NCBI GenBank assembly: GCA_964016885.1
Contig: OZ024741.1
Location: forward strand, 254,324,001-254,388,000
DNA from: Eledone cirrhosa
Lineage: Eukaryota
Direction of reading: 5' to 3'
Length of the DNA: 64,000 nt
A program made the translations under genes and the position numbers. Of the stretch, positions 1 through 15,900 are shown piece by piece. The notes beneath the pieces are model-generated. The model was not told the origin of the DNA and did not search any database. It worked only from the letters and a program-made list of their open reading frames with translations. Each line of letters starts with the position of its first letter. The first letter of the stretch is position 1.

Positions 1-3000
1 ACACTGGCACTGACACAGAAAACAGCAACAACAGCAACAGCAACACTGGCACTGACACAGAAAACAGCAACAACAACAACAACAACACTGGCACTGACAG
101 AGAAAACAGCAACAACAACACTGTCACTGACAGAGAAAACAGCAACAAAAAACAGTGGCACTGACACAGAAAACAGCAACAACAGCAAAAACAACAGTGG
201 CACTGACACAGAAAACAGCAACAACAGCAACAATAACACAGGCACTGGCACAGAAAACAGCAACAGCAACAACAACAACAACACTGGCACTGACAGAGAA
301 AACAGCAACAACTACAACACTGGCACTGACAGAGAAAACAGCAACAACAACACTGGCACTGACAGAGAAAACAGCAACAACTACAACAACACTGGCACTG
401 ACACAGAAAACAGCATCAACTACAACAAAACTGGCACTGACAGAGAAAACAGCAACAACTACAACAACACTGGCACTGACAGAGAAAACAGCAACAACAA
501 CAACACTGGCACTGACACAGAAAACAGCAACAACTACAACAACACTGGCACTGACAGAGAAAACAACAACGACTACAACAACACTGGCACTGACACAGAA
601 AACAGCAACAACTACAACAACACTGGCACTGACAGAGAAAACAGCAACAACAACAACACTGGCACTGACACAGAAAACAGCAACAACTACAACAACACTG
701 GCACTGACAGAGAAAACAGCAACAACTACAACAACACTGGCACTCAGAGAAAACAGCAACAACTACAACAACACTGGCACTGACACAGAAAACAGCAACA
801 ACTACAACACTGGCACTGACAGAGAAAACAGCAACAACAACAACACTGGCTCTGACAGAGAAAACAGCAAAAACAACAACACCGGCACTGACACAGAAAA
901 CAGCAACAACTACAACAACACTGGCACTGACAGAGAAAACAGCAACAACTACAACAACACTGGCACTGACAGAGAAAACAGCAACAACAACAACACTGGC
1001 ACTGACACAGAAAACAGCAACAACTACAACACTGGCACTGACAGAGAAAACAGCAACAACTACAACAACACTGTACTGACAGAGAAAACAGCAACAGCAA
1101 CAACACTGGCACTGACACAGAAAACAGCAACAACAGCAACAACAACACTGGCACTGACACAGAAAACAGCAACAACAGCAATAACAATGGCACTGACACA
1201 GAAAACAGCAACAACAACAACACTGGCACTGACAGAGAAAACAGCAACAACAACACTGGCACTGACAGAGAAAACAGCAACAACAACAGTGGCACTGACA
1301 CAAAAAACAGCAACAACTACAACAACACTGGCACTGACAGAGAAAACAGCAACAACAACAACACTGGCACTGACACAGAAAACAGCAACAACTACAACAA
1401 CACTGGCACTGGCAGAGAAAACAGCAACAACTACAACAACACTGGCACTGACAGAGAAAACAGCAACAACTACAACAACACTCGCACTGACACAGAAAAC
1501 AGCAACAACTACAACAACACTGGCACTGACACAGAAAACAGCAACAACTTCAACAACACTGGCACTGACAGAGAAAACAGCAACAACAACACTGGCACTG
1601 ACACAGAAAACAGCAACAACTACAACAACACTGGCACTGACAGAGAAAACAGCAACAACTACAACAACACTGGCACTGACAGAGAAAACAGCAACAACTA
1701 CACCAACACTGGCACTGACACAGAAAACAGCAACAACTACAACAACACTGGCACTGACACAGAAAACAGCAACAACAACAACGACACTGGTACTGACACA
1801 GAAAACAGCAACAACACCAACACTGGCACTGACAGTGAAAATAGCAACAACAACAACACTGGCACTGACAGAGAAAACAGCAACAACAACAACACTGGCA
1901 CTGACACAGAAAACAGCAACAACAACACTGGCACTGACACAGAAAACAGCAACAACTACAACAACACTGGCACTGGCAGAGAAAACAGCAACAACTACAA
2001 CACTGGCACTGACAGAGAAAACAGCAACAACAACAACACTGGCACTGACAGGGAAAACAGCAACAACTACAACAACACTGCCACTGACACAGAAAACAGC
2101 AACAACTACAACAACACTGGCACTGACAGTGAAAACAGCAACAACTACAACAACACTGGCACTGACAGAGAAAACAGCAACAACAACAACACTGGCACTG
2201 ACACAGAAAACAGCAACAACTACAACAACACTGGCACCGACAGAGAAAACAGCAACAACTACAACAACACTGGCACTGACAGAGAAAACAGCAACAACTA
2301 CAACAACACTGGCACTGACACAGAAAACAGCAACAACTACAACACTGGCACTGACACAGAAAACAGCAACAACTACAACAACACTGGCACTGACACAGAA
2401 AACAGCAACAACAACAACACTGGCACTGACAGAGAAAACAGCAACAACAACAACACCGGCACTGGCACAGAAAACAGCAACAACTACAACAACACTGGCA
2501 CTGACAGAGAAAACAGCAACAACTACAACAACACTGGCACTGACAGAGAAAACAGCAACAACAACAACACTGGCACTGACACAGAAAACAGCAACAACTA
2601 CAACAACACTGGCACTGACAGAGAAAACAGCAACAACTACAACAACACTGGCACTGACAGAGAAAACAGCAACAGCAACAACACTGGCACTGGCACAGAA
2701 AATAACAACAACAGCAACAACAACACTGGCACTGACACAGAAAACAGCAACAACAGCAACAGCAACACTGGCACTGACACAGAAAACAGCAACAACAACA
2801 ACAACAACACTGGCACTGACAGAGAAAACAGCAACAACAACACTGGCACTGACAGAGAAAACAGCAACAACAACAACACTGGCACTGACACAGAAAACAG
2901 CAACAACAGCAAAAACAACAGTGGCACTGACACAGAAAACAGCAACAACAGCAACAATAACACAGGCACTGGCACAGAAAACAGCAACAGCAACAACAAC

Positions 3001-6000
3001 AACAACACTGGCACTGACAGAGAAAACAGCAACAACTACAACACTGGCACTGACAGAGAAAACAGCAACAACAACACTGGCACTGACAGAGAAAACAGCA
3101 ACAACTACAACAACACTGGCACTGACACAGAAAACAGCATCAACTACAACAAAACTGGCACTGACAGAGAAAACAGCAACAACTACAACAACACTGGCAC
3201 TGACAGAGAAAACAGCAACAACAACAACACTGGCACTGACACAGAAAACAGCAACAACTACAACAACACTGGCACTGACAGAGAAAACAACAACGACTAC
3301 AACAACACTGGCACTGACACAGAAAACAGCAACAACTACAACAACACTGGCACTGACAGAGAAAACAGCAACAACAACAACACTGGCACTGACACAGAAA
3401 ACAGCAACAACTACAACAACACTGGCACTGACAGAGAAAACAGCAACAACTACAACAACACTGGCACTCAGAGAAAACAGCAACAACTACAACAACACTG
3501 GCACTGACACAGAAAACAGCAACAACTACAACACTGGCACTGACAGAGAAAACAGCAACAACAACAACACTGGCTCTGACAGAGAAAACAGCAAAAACAA
3601 CAACACCGGCACTGACACAGAAAACAGCAACAACTACAACAACACTGGCACTGACAGAGAAAACAGCAACAACTACAACAACACTGGCACTGACAGAGAA
3701 AACAGCAACAACAACAACACTGGCACTGACACAGAAAACAGCAACAACTACAACACTGGCACTGACAGAGAAAACAGCAACAACTACAACAACACTGGCA
3801 CTGACAGAGAAAACAGCAACAGCAACAACACTGGCACTGACACAGAAAACAGCAACAACTACAACAACACTGGCACTGACACAGAAAACAGCAACAACAA
3901 CAACGACACTGGTACTGACACAGAAAACAGCAACAACACCAACACTGGCACTGACAGTGAAAATAGCAACAACAACAACACTGGCACTGACAGAGAAAAC
4001 AGCAACAACAACAACACTGGCACTGACACAGAAAACAGCAACAACAACACTGGCACTGACACAGAAAACAGCAACAACTACAACAACACTGGCACTGGCA
4101 AAGAAAACAGCAACAACTACAACACTGGCACTGACAGAGAAAACAGCAACAACAACAACACTGGCACTGACAGAGAAAACAGCAACAACTACAACAACAC
4201 TGCCACTGACACAGAAAACAGCAACAACTACAACAACACTGGCACTGACAGTGAAAACAGCAACAACTACAACAACACTGGCACTGACAGAGAAAACAGC
4301 AACAACAACAACACTGGCACTGACACAGAAAACAGCAACAACTACAACAACACTGGCACCGACAGAGAAAACAGCAACAACTACAACAACACTGGCACTT
4401 TCAGAGAAAACAGCAACAACTACAACAACACTGGCACTGACACAGAAAACAGCAACAACTACAACACTGGCACTGACACAGAAAACAGCAACAACTACAA
4501 CAACACTGGCACTGACACAGAAAACAGCAACAACAACAACACTGGCACTGACAGAGAAAACAGCAACAACAACAACACCGGCACTGGCACAGAAAACAGC
4601 AACAACTACAACAACACTGGCACTGACAGAGAAAACAGCAACAACTACAACAACACTGGCACTGACAGAGAAAACAGCAACAACAACAACACTGGCACTG
4701 ACACAGAAAACAGCAACAACTACAACAACACTGGCACTGACAGAGAAAACAGCAACAACTACAACAACACTGGCACTGACAGAGAAAACAGCAACAGCAA
4801 CAACACTGGCACTGGCACAGAAAATAACAACAACAGCAACAACAACACTGGCACTGACACAGAAAACAGCAACAACAGCAACAGCAACACTGGCACTGAC
4901 ACAGAAAACAGCAACAACAACAACAACAACACTGGCACTGACAGAGAAAACAGCAACAACAACACTGGCACTGACAGAGAAAACAGCAACAACAACAGTG
5001 GCACTGACACAGAAAACAGCAACAACAGCAAAAACAACAGTGGCACTGACACAGAAAACAGCAACAACAGCAACAATAACACAGGCACTGGCACAGAAAA
5101 CAGCAACAGCAACAACAACAACAACACTGGCACTGACAGAGAAAACAGCAACAACTACAACACTGGCACTGACAGAGAAAACAGCAACAACAACACTGGC
5201 ACTGACAGAGAAAACAGCAACAACTACAACAACACTGGCACTGACACAGAAAACAGCATCAACTACAACAAAACTGGCACTGACAGAGAAAACAGCAACA
5301 ACTACAACAACACTGGCACTGACAGAGAAAACAGCAACAACAACAACACTGGCACTGACACAGAAAACAGCAACAACTACAACAACACTGGCACTGACAG
5401 AGAAAACAACAACGACTACAACAACACTGGCACTGACACAGAAAACAGCAACAACTACAACAACACTGGCACTGACAGAGAAAACAGCAACAACAACAAC
5501 ACTGGCACTGACACAGAAAACAGCAACAACTACAACAACACTGGCACTGACAGAGAAAACAGCAACAACTACAACAACACTGGCACTCAGAGAAAACAGC
5601 AACAACTACAACAACACTGGCACTGACACAGAAAACAGCAACAACTACAACACTGGCACTGACAGAGAAAACAGCAACAACAACAACACTGGCTCTGACA
5701 GAGAAAACAGCAAAAACAACAACACCGGCACTGACACAGAAAACAGCAACAACTACAACAACACTGGCACTGACAGAGAAAACAGCAACAACTACAACAA
5801 CACTGGCACTGACAGAGAAAACAGCAACAACAACAACACTGGCACTGACACAGAAAACAGCAACAACTACAACACTGGCACTGACAGAGAAAACAGCAAC
5901 AACTACAACAACACTGTACTGACAGAGAAAACAGCAACAGCAACAACACTGGCACTGACACAGAAAACAGCAACAACAGCAACAACAACACTGGCACTGA

Positions 6001-8660
6001 CACAGAAAACAGCAACAACAGCAATAACAATGGCACTGACACAGAAAACAGCAACAACAACAACACTGGCACTGACAGAGAAAACAGCAACAACAACACT
6101 GGCACTGACAGAGAAAACAGCAACAACAACAGTGGCACTGACACAAAAAACAGCAACAACTACAACAACACTGGCACTGACAGAGAAAACAGCAACAACA
6201 ACAACACTGGCACTGACACAGAAAACAGCAACAACTACAACAACACTGGCACTGGCAGAGAAAACAGCAACAACTACAACAACACTGGCACTGACAGAGA
6301 AAACAGCAACAACTACAACAACACTCGCACTGACACAGAAAACAGCAACAACTACAACAACACTGGCACTGACACAGAAAACAGCAACAACTTCAACAAC
6401 ACTGGCACTGACAGAGAAAACAGCAACAACAACACTGGCACTGACACAGAAAACAGCAACAACTACAACAACACTGGCACTGACAGAGAAAACAGCAACA
6501 ACTACAACAACACTGGCACTGACAGAGAAAACAGCAACAACTACACCAACACTGGCACTGACACAGAAAACAGCAACAACAACAACGACACTGGTACTGA
6601 CACAGAAAACAGCAACAACACCAACACTGGCACTGACAGTGAAAATAGCAACAACAACAACACTGGCACTGACAGAGAAAACAGCAACAACAACAACACT
6701 GGCACTGACACAGAAAACAGCAACAACAACACTGGCACTGACACAGAAAACAGCAACAACTACAACAACACTGGCACTGGCAGAGAAAACAGCAACAACT
6801 ACAACACTGGCACTGACAGAGAAAACAGCAACAACAACAACACTGGCACTGACAGGGAAAACAGCAACAACTACAACAACACTGCCACTGACACAGAAAA
6901 CAGCAACAACTACAACAACACTGGCACTGACAGTGAAAACAGCAACAACTACAACAACACTGGCACTGACAGAGAAAACAGCAACAACAACAACACTGGC
7001 ACTGACACAGAAAACAGCAACAACTACAACAACACTGGCACCGACAGAGAAAACAGCAACAACTACAACAACACTGGCACTGACAGAGAAAACAGCAACA
7101 ACTACAACAACACTGGCACTGACACAGAAAACAGCAACAACTACAACACTGGCACTGACACAGAAAACAGCAACAACTACAACAACACTGGCACTGACAC
7201 AGAAAACAGCAACAACAACAACACTGGCACTGACAGAGAAAACAGCAACAACAACAACACCGGCACTGGCACAGAAAACAGCAACAACTACAACAACACT
7301 GGCACTGACAGAGAAAACAGCAACAACTACAACAACACTGGCACTGACAGAGAAAACAGCAACAACAACAACACTGGCACTGACACAGAAAACAGCAACA
7401 ACTACAACAACACTGGCACTGACAGAGAAAACAGCAACAACTACAACAACACTGGCACTGACAGAGAAAACAGCAACAGCAACAACACTGGCACTGGCAC
7501 AGAAAATAACAACAACAGCAACAACAACACTGGCACTGACACAGAAAACAGCAACAACAGCAACAGCAACACTGGCACTGACACAGAAAACAGCAACAAC
7601 AACAACAACAACACTGGCACTGACAGAGAAAACAGCAACAACAACACTGGCACTGACAGAGAAAACAGCAACAACAACAACACTGGCACTGACACAGAAA
7701 ACAGCAACAACAGCAAAAACAACAGTGGCACTGACACAGAAAACAGCAACAACAGCAACAATAACACAGGCACTGGCACAGAAAACAGCAACAGCAACAA
7801 CAACAACAACACTGGCACTGACAGAGAAAACAGCAACAACTACAACACTGGCACTGACAGAGAAAACAGCAACAACAACACTGGCACTGACAGAGAAAAC
7901 AGCAACAACTACAACAACACTGGCACTGACACAGAAAACAGCATCAACTACAACAAAACTGGCACTGACAGAGAAAACAGCAACAACTACAACAACACTG
8001 GCACTGACAGAGAAAACAGCAACAACAACAACACTGGCACTGACACAGAAAACAGCAACAACTACAACAACACTGGCACTGACAGAGAAAACAACAACGA
8101 CTACAACAACACTGGCACTGACACAGAAAACAGCAACAACTACAACAACACTGGCACTGACAGAGAAAACAGCAACAACAACAACACTGGCACTGACACA
8201 GAAAACAGCAACAACTACAACAACACTGGCACTGACAGAGAAAACAGCAACAACTACAACAACACTGGCACTCAGAGAAAACAGCAACAACTACAACAAC
8301 ACTGGCACTGACACAGAAAACAGCAACAACTACAACACTGGCACTGACAGAGAAAACAGCAACAACAACAACACTGGCTCTGACAGAGAAAACAGCAAAA
8401 ACAACAACACCGGCACTGACACAGAAAACAGCAACAACTACAACAACACTGGCACTGACAGAGAAAACAGCAACAACTACAACAACACTGGCACTGACAG
8501 AGAAAACAGCAACAACAACAACACTGGCACTGACACAGAAAACAGCAACAACTACAACACTGGCACTGACAGAGAAAACAGCAACAACTACAACAACACT
8601 GGCACTGACAGAGAAAACAGCAACAGCAACAACACTGGCACTGACACAGAAAACAGCAAC
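1..8660 (+). repeat. Higher-order repeat domain of about 4.8 kb period, made of alternating 2.7 kb and 2.1 kb units
   Basis: The marker GGCACTCAGAGA (2-bp deletion) lies at 744, 3468, 5587 and 8272 (spacings 2724, 2119, 2685). The marker CTGTACT at 1071 and 5914 gives offset 4843. Private variants CTCGCA, ACAGGG and TACACC are shared by the two long units. 1-3858 matches 4845-8662 apart from one lost 39-bp monomer and two small differences near 124-152. Confidence 0.9.
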
Positions 8661-9984
8661 AACAGCAACAACAACACTGGCACTGACACAGAAAACAGCA
8701 ACAACAGCAATAACAATGGCACTGACACAGAAAACAGCAACAACAACAACACTGGCACTGACAGAGAAAACAGCAACAACAACACTGGCACTGACAGAGA
8801 AAACAGCAACAACAACAGTGGCACTGACACAAAAAACAGCAACAACTACAACAACACTGGCACTGACAGAGAAAACAGCAACAACAACAACACTGGCACT
8901 GACACAGAAAACAGCAACAACTACAACAACACTGGCACTGACAGAGAAAATAGTAACAACAACAACACTGGCACTGACACAGAAAACAGCAACAACTACA
9001 ACAACACTGGCATTGACAGAGAAAACAGCAACAACTACAACAACACTGGCACTGACAGAGAAAACAGCAACAGCAACAACACTGGCACTGACACAGAAAT
9101 CAGCAACAACAGCAACAACAACACTGGCACTGACACAGAAAACAGCAACAACAGCAACAAAAAACACTGGCACTGACAGAGAAAACAGCAACAACAACAT
9201 TGGCACTGACAGAGAAAAGAGCAACAACAACAACACTGGCACTGACACAGAAAACAGCAACAACAACAGTGGCACTGACACAGAAAACAGCAACAACTAC
9301 AACAACACTGGCACTGACAGAGAAAACAGCAACAACAACAACACTGGCACTGACACAGAAAACAGAAGCAACTACAACAACATTGGCACTGACAGAGAAA
9401 GCAGCAACAACTACAACAACACTGGCACTGACAGAGAAAACAGCAACAGCAACAACACTGGCACTGACACAGAAAACAGCAACAACTACAACAACACTGG
9501 CACTGACAGAGAAAACAGCAACAACTACAACAACACTGGCACTGACAGAGAAAACAGCAACAACTACAACAACACTGGCACTGACACAGAAAACAGCAAC
9601 AACTACAACAACACTGGCACTGACACAGAAAACAGCAACAACTACAATAACACTGGCACTGACAGAGAAAACAGCAACAACAACAACACCGGCACTGACA
9701 CAGAAAACAGCAACAACTACAACAACACTGGCACAGAAAACACCAACAACAGCAACAACACTGGCACTGACACAGAAAACAGCAACAACAGCAACAACCG
9801 TGGCACTGACACAGAAAACAGCAACAACAGCAACAATAACACTGGCACTGGCACAGAAAACAGCAACAGCAACACTGGAACTGACACAGAAAACAGCAAC
9901 AGTAACAACAACAACACTGGCACTGACACAGAAAACAGCAACAACAACAACACTGGCACTGACAGTGAAAATAGCAACAGCAAC

Positions 9985-12900
9985 AACACTGGCACTGACA
10001 GAGAAAACAGCAACAACAACAACACTGGCACTGACACAGAAAACAGCAACAACTACAACAACACTGGCACTGACAGAGAAAACAGCAACAACTACAACAA
10101 CACTGGCACTGACAGAGAAAACAGCAACAACTACAACAACACTGGCACTGACACAGAAAACAGCAACAACTAAAACAACACTGGCACTGACACAGAAAAC
10201 AGCAACAAGAACAACAACACTGGCACTGACACAGAAAACAGCAACAACAACAACACTGGCACTGACAGTGAAAATAGCAACAACAACAACACTGGCACTG
10301 ACAGAGAAAACAGCAACAACAACAACACTGGCACTGACACAGAAAACAGCAACAACTACAACAACACTGGCACTGACACAGAAAACAGCAACAACTACAA
10401 CAACACTGGCACTGACAGAGAAAACAGCAACAACTACAACACTGGCACTGACAGAGAAAACAGCAACAACAACAACACTGGCACTGACAGAGAAAACAGC
10501 AACAACTACAACAACACTGGCACTGACACAGAAAACAGCAACAACTACAACAACACTGGCACTGACAGAGAAAACAGCAACAACAACAACAACACTGGCA
10601 CTGACACAGAAAACAGCAACAACTACAACAACACTGGCACTGACACAGAAAACAGCAACAACTACAACAACACTGGCACTGACAGAGAAAACAGCAACAA
10701 CTACAACACTGGCACTGACAGAGAAAACAGCAACAACAACAACACTGGCACTGACAGAGAAAACAGCAACAACTACAACAACACTGGCACTGACACAGAA
10801 AACAGCAACAACAACAACAACAACACTGGCACTGACACAGAAAACAGCAACAACACCAACACTGGCACTGACAGTGAAAATAGCAACAACAACACTGGCA
10901 CTGACAGAGAAAACAGCAACAACAACAACACTGGCACTGACACAGAAAACAGCAACAACAACAACACTGGCACTGACACAGAAAACAGCAACAACTACAA
11001 CAACACTGGCACTGACAGAGAAAACAGCAACAACTACAACACTGGCAATGTCAGAGAAAACAGCAACAACAACAACACTGGCACTGACAGAGAAAACAGC
11101 AACAACTACAACAACACTGGCACTGACACAGAAAACAGCAACAACTACAACAACACTGGCACTGACAGTGAAAACAGCAACAACAACAACACTGGCACTG
11201 ACAGCGAAAACAGCAACAACAACAACACTGGCACTGACACAGAAAACAGCAACAACTACAACAACACTGGCACTGACAGAGAAAACAGCAACAACTACAA
11301 CAACACTGGCACTGACAGAGAAAACAGCAACAACTACAACAACACTGGCACTGACACAGAAAACAGCAACAACTACAACAACACTGGCACTGACACAGAA
11401 AACAGCAACAACTACAACAACACTGGCACTGACAGAGAAAACAGCAACAACTACAACAACACTGGCACTCACAGAGAAAACAGCAACAACTACAACAACA
11501 CTGGCACTGACACAGAAAACAGCAACAACTACAACAACACTGGCACTGACACAGAAAACAGCAACAACTACAACAACACTGGCACTGACAGAGAAAACAG
11601 CAACAACAACAACACTGGCACTGATACAGAAAACAGCAACAACTACAACACTGGCACTGACAGAGAAAACAGCAACAACTACAACAACACTGGCACTGAC
11701 AGAGAAAACAGCAACAGCAACAACACTGGCACTGACACAGAAAACAGCAACAACAGCAACAACAACACTGGCACTGACACAGAAAACAGCAACAACAGCA
11801 ATAACAATGGCACTGACACAGAAAACAGCAACAACAACAACACTGGCACTGACAGAGAAAACAGCAACAACAACACTGGCACTGACAGAGAAAACAGCAA
11901 CAACAACAGTGGCACTGACACAGAGAGCAGCAACAACTACAACAACACTGGCACTGACAGAGAAAACAGCAACAACAACACTGGCACTGACACAGAAAAC
12001 AGCAACAACTACAACAACACTGGCACTGACAGAGAAAACAGCAACAACTACAACAACACTGGCACTGACAGAGAAAACAGCAACGACTACAACAACACTG
12101 GCACTGACACAGAAAACAGCAACAACTACAACAACACTGGCACTGACACAGAAAACAGCAACAACAACACTTGGCACTGACAGAGAAAACAGCAACAACA
12201 ACAACACTGGCACTGACACAGAAAACAGCAACAACAGCAACAACACTGGCACTGACACAGAAAACAGCAACAACTACAACAACACTGGCACTGACAGAGA
12301 AAACAGCAACAACTACAACAACACTGGCACTGACACAGAAAACAGCAACAACTACAACAACACTGGCACTGACAGAGAAAACAGCAACAACTACAACACT
12401 GGCACTGACAGAGAAAACAGCAACAACAACAACAACACTGGCACTGACAGAGAAAACAGCAACAACTACAACAACACTGGCACTGACACAGAAAACAGCA
12501 ACAACAACAACAACACTGGCACTGACACAGAAAACAGCAACAACTACAACAACACTGGCACTGACACAGAAAACAGCAACAACTACAACAACACTGGCAC
12601 TGACAGTGAAAACAGCAACAACAACAACACTGGCACTGACAGAGAAAACAGCAACAACAACAACACTGGCACTGATACAGAAAACAGCAACAACTACAAC
12701 AACACTGGCACTGACAGAGAAAACAGCAACAACTACAACAACACTGGCACTGACACAGAAAACAGCAACAACTACAACAACACTGGCACTGACACAGAAA
12801 ACAGCAACAACTACAACAACACTGGCACTGACAGAGAAAACAGCAACAACTACAACAACACTGGCACTCACAGAGAAAACAGCAACAACTACAACAACAC

Positions 12901-15900
12901 TGGCACTGACACAGAAAACAGCAACAACTACATCAATACTGGCACTAACACAGAAAACAGCAACAACTACAACAACACTGGCACTGACACAGAAAACAGC
13001 AACAACAACAACACTGGCACTGACACAGAATACAGCAACAACAACAACACTGGCACTGACAGAGAAAACAGCAACAACAACAACACTGGCTCTGACAGAG
13101 AAAACAGCAACAACAACAACACCGGCACTGACACAGAAAACAGCAACAACTACTACAACACTGGCACTGACACAGAAAACAGCAACAACAACAACACTGG
13201 CACTGACACAGAAAACAGCAACAACTACAACACTGGCACTGACAGAGAAAACAGCAACAACTACAACAACACTGGCACTGACAGAGAAAACAGCAACAGC
13301 AACAACACTGGCACTGACACAGAAAACAGCAACAACAGCAAAAACAACACTGGCACTGACACAGAAAACAGCAACAACAGCAATAACAATGGCACTGACA
13401 CAGAAAACAGCAACAACAACAACACTGGCACTGACAGAGAAAACAGCAACAACAACACTGGCACTGACAGAGAAAACAGCAACAACAACAGTGGCACTGA
13501 CACAGAAAACAGCAACAACTACAACAACACTGGCACTGACAGAGAAAACAGCAACAACAACAACACTGGCACTGACACAGAAAACAGCAACAACTACAAC
13601 AACACTGGCACTGACAGAGAAAACAGCAACAACTACAACAACACTGGCACTGACAGAGAAAACAGCAACAACTACAACAACACTGGCACTGACACAGAAA
13701 ACAGCAACAACTACAACAACACTGGCACTGACACAGAAAACAGCAACAAGAACAACAACACTGGCACTGACACAGAAAACAGCAACAACAACAACACTGG
13801 CACTGACAGTGAAAATAGCAACAACAACAACACTGGCACTGACAGAGAAAACAGCAACAACAACAACACTGGCACTGACACAGAAAACAGCAACAACTAC
13901 AACAACACTGGCACTGACACAGAAAACAGCAACAACTACAACAACACTGGCACTGACAGAGAAAACAGCAACAACTACAACACTGGCACTGACAGAGAAA
14001 ACAGCAACAACAACAACACTGGCACTGACAGAGAAAACAGCAACAACTACAACAACACTGGCACTGACACAGAAAACAGCAACAACTACAACAACACTGG
14101 CACTGACAGAGAAAACAGCAACAACAACAACAACACTGGCACTGACACAGAAAACAGCAACAACTACAACAACACTGGCACTGACACAGAAAACAGCAAC
14201 AACTACAACAACACTGGCACTGACAGAGAAAACAGCAACAACTACAACACTGGCACTGACAGAGAAAACAGCAACAACAACAACACTGGCACTGACAGAG
14301 AAAACAGCAACAACTACAACAACACTGGCACTGACACAGAAAACAGCAACAACAACAACAACAACACTGGCACTGACACAGAAAACAGCAACAACACCAA
14401 CACTGGCACTGACAGTGAAAATAGCAACAACAACACTGGCACTGACAGAGAAAACAGCAACAACAACAACACTGGCACTGACACAGAAAACAGCAACAAC
14501 AACAACACTGGCACTGACACAGAAAACAGCAACAACTACAACAACACTGGCACTGACAGAGAAAACAGCAACAACTACAACACTGGCAATGTCAGAGAAA
14601 ACAGCAACAACAACAACACTGGCACTGACAGAGAAAACAGCAACAACTACAACAACACTGGCACTGACACAGAAAACAGCAACAACTACAACAACACTGG
14701 CACTGACAGTGAAAACAGCAACAACAACAACACTGGCACTGACAGCGAAAACAGCAACAACAACAACACTGGCACTGACACAGAAAACAGCAACAACTAC
14801 AACAACACTGGCACTGACAGAGAAAACAGCAACAACTACAACAACACTGGCACTGACAGAGAAAACAGCAACAACTACAACAACACTGGCACTGACACAG
14901 AAAACAGCAACAACTACAACAACACTGGCACTGACACAGAAAACAGCAACAACTACAACAACACTGGCACTGACAGAGAAAACAGCAACAACTACAACAA
15001 CACTGGCACTCACAGAGAAAACAGCAACAACTACAACAACACTGGCACTGACACAGAAAACAGCAACAACTACAACAACACTGGCACTGACACAGAAAAC
15101 AGCAACAACTACAACAACACTGGCACTGACAGAGAAAACAGCAACAACAACAACACTGGCACTGATACAGAAAACAGCAACAACTACAACACTGGCACTG
15201 ACAGAGAAAACAGCAACAACTACAACAACACTGGCACTGACAGAGAAAACAGCAACAGCAACAACACTGGCACTGACACAGAAAACAGCAACAACAGCAA
15301 CAACAACACTGGCACTGACACAGAAAACAGCAACAACAGCAATAACAATGGCACTGACACAGAAAACAGCAACAACAACAACACTGGCACTGACAGAGAA
15401 AACAGCAACAACAACACTGGCACTGACAGAGAAAACAGCAACAACAACAGTGGCACTGACACAGAGAGCAGCAACAACTACAACAACACTGGCACTGACA
15501 GAGAAAACAGCAACAACAACACTGGCACTGACACAGAAAACAGCAACAACTACAACAACACTGGCACTGACAGAGAAAACAGCAACAACTACAACAACAC
15601 TGGCACTGACAGAGAAAACAGCAACGACTACAACAACACTGGCACTGACACAGAAAACAGCAACAACTACAACAACACTGGCACTGACACAGAAAACAGC
15701 AACAACAACACTTGGCACTGACAGAGAAAACAGCAACAACAACAACACTGGCACTGACACAGAAAACAGCAACAACAGCAACAACACTGGCACTGACACA
15801 GAAAACAGCAACAACTACAACAACACTGGCACTGACAGAGAAAACAGCAACAACTACAACAACACTGGCACTGACACAGAAAACAGCAACAACTACAACA

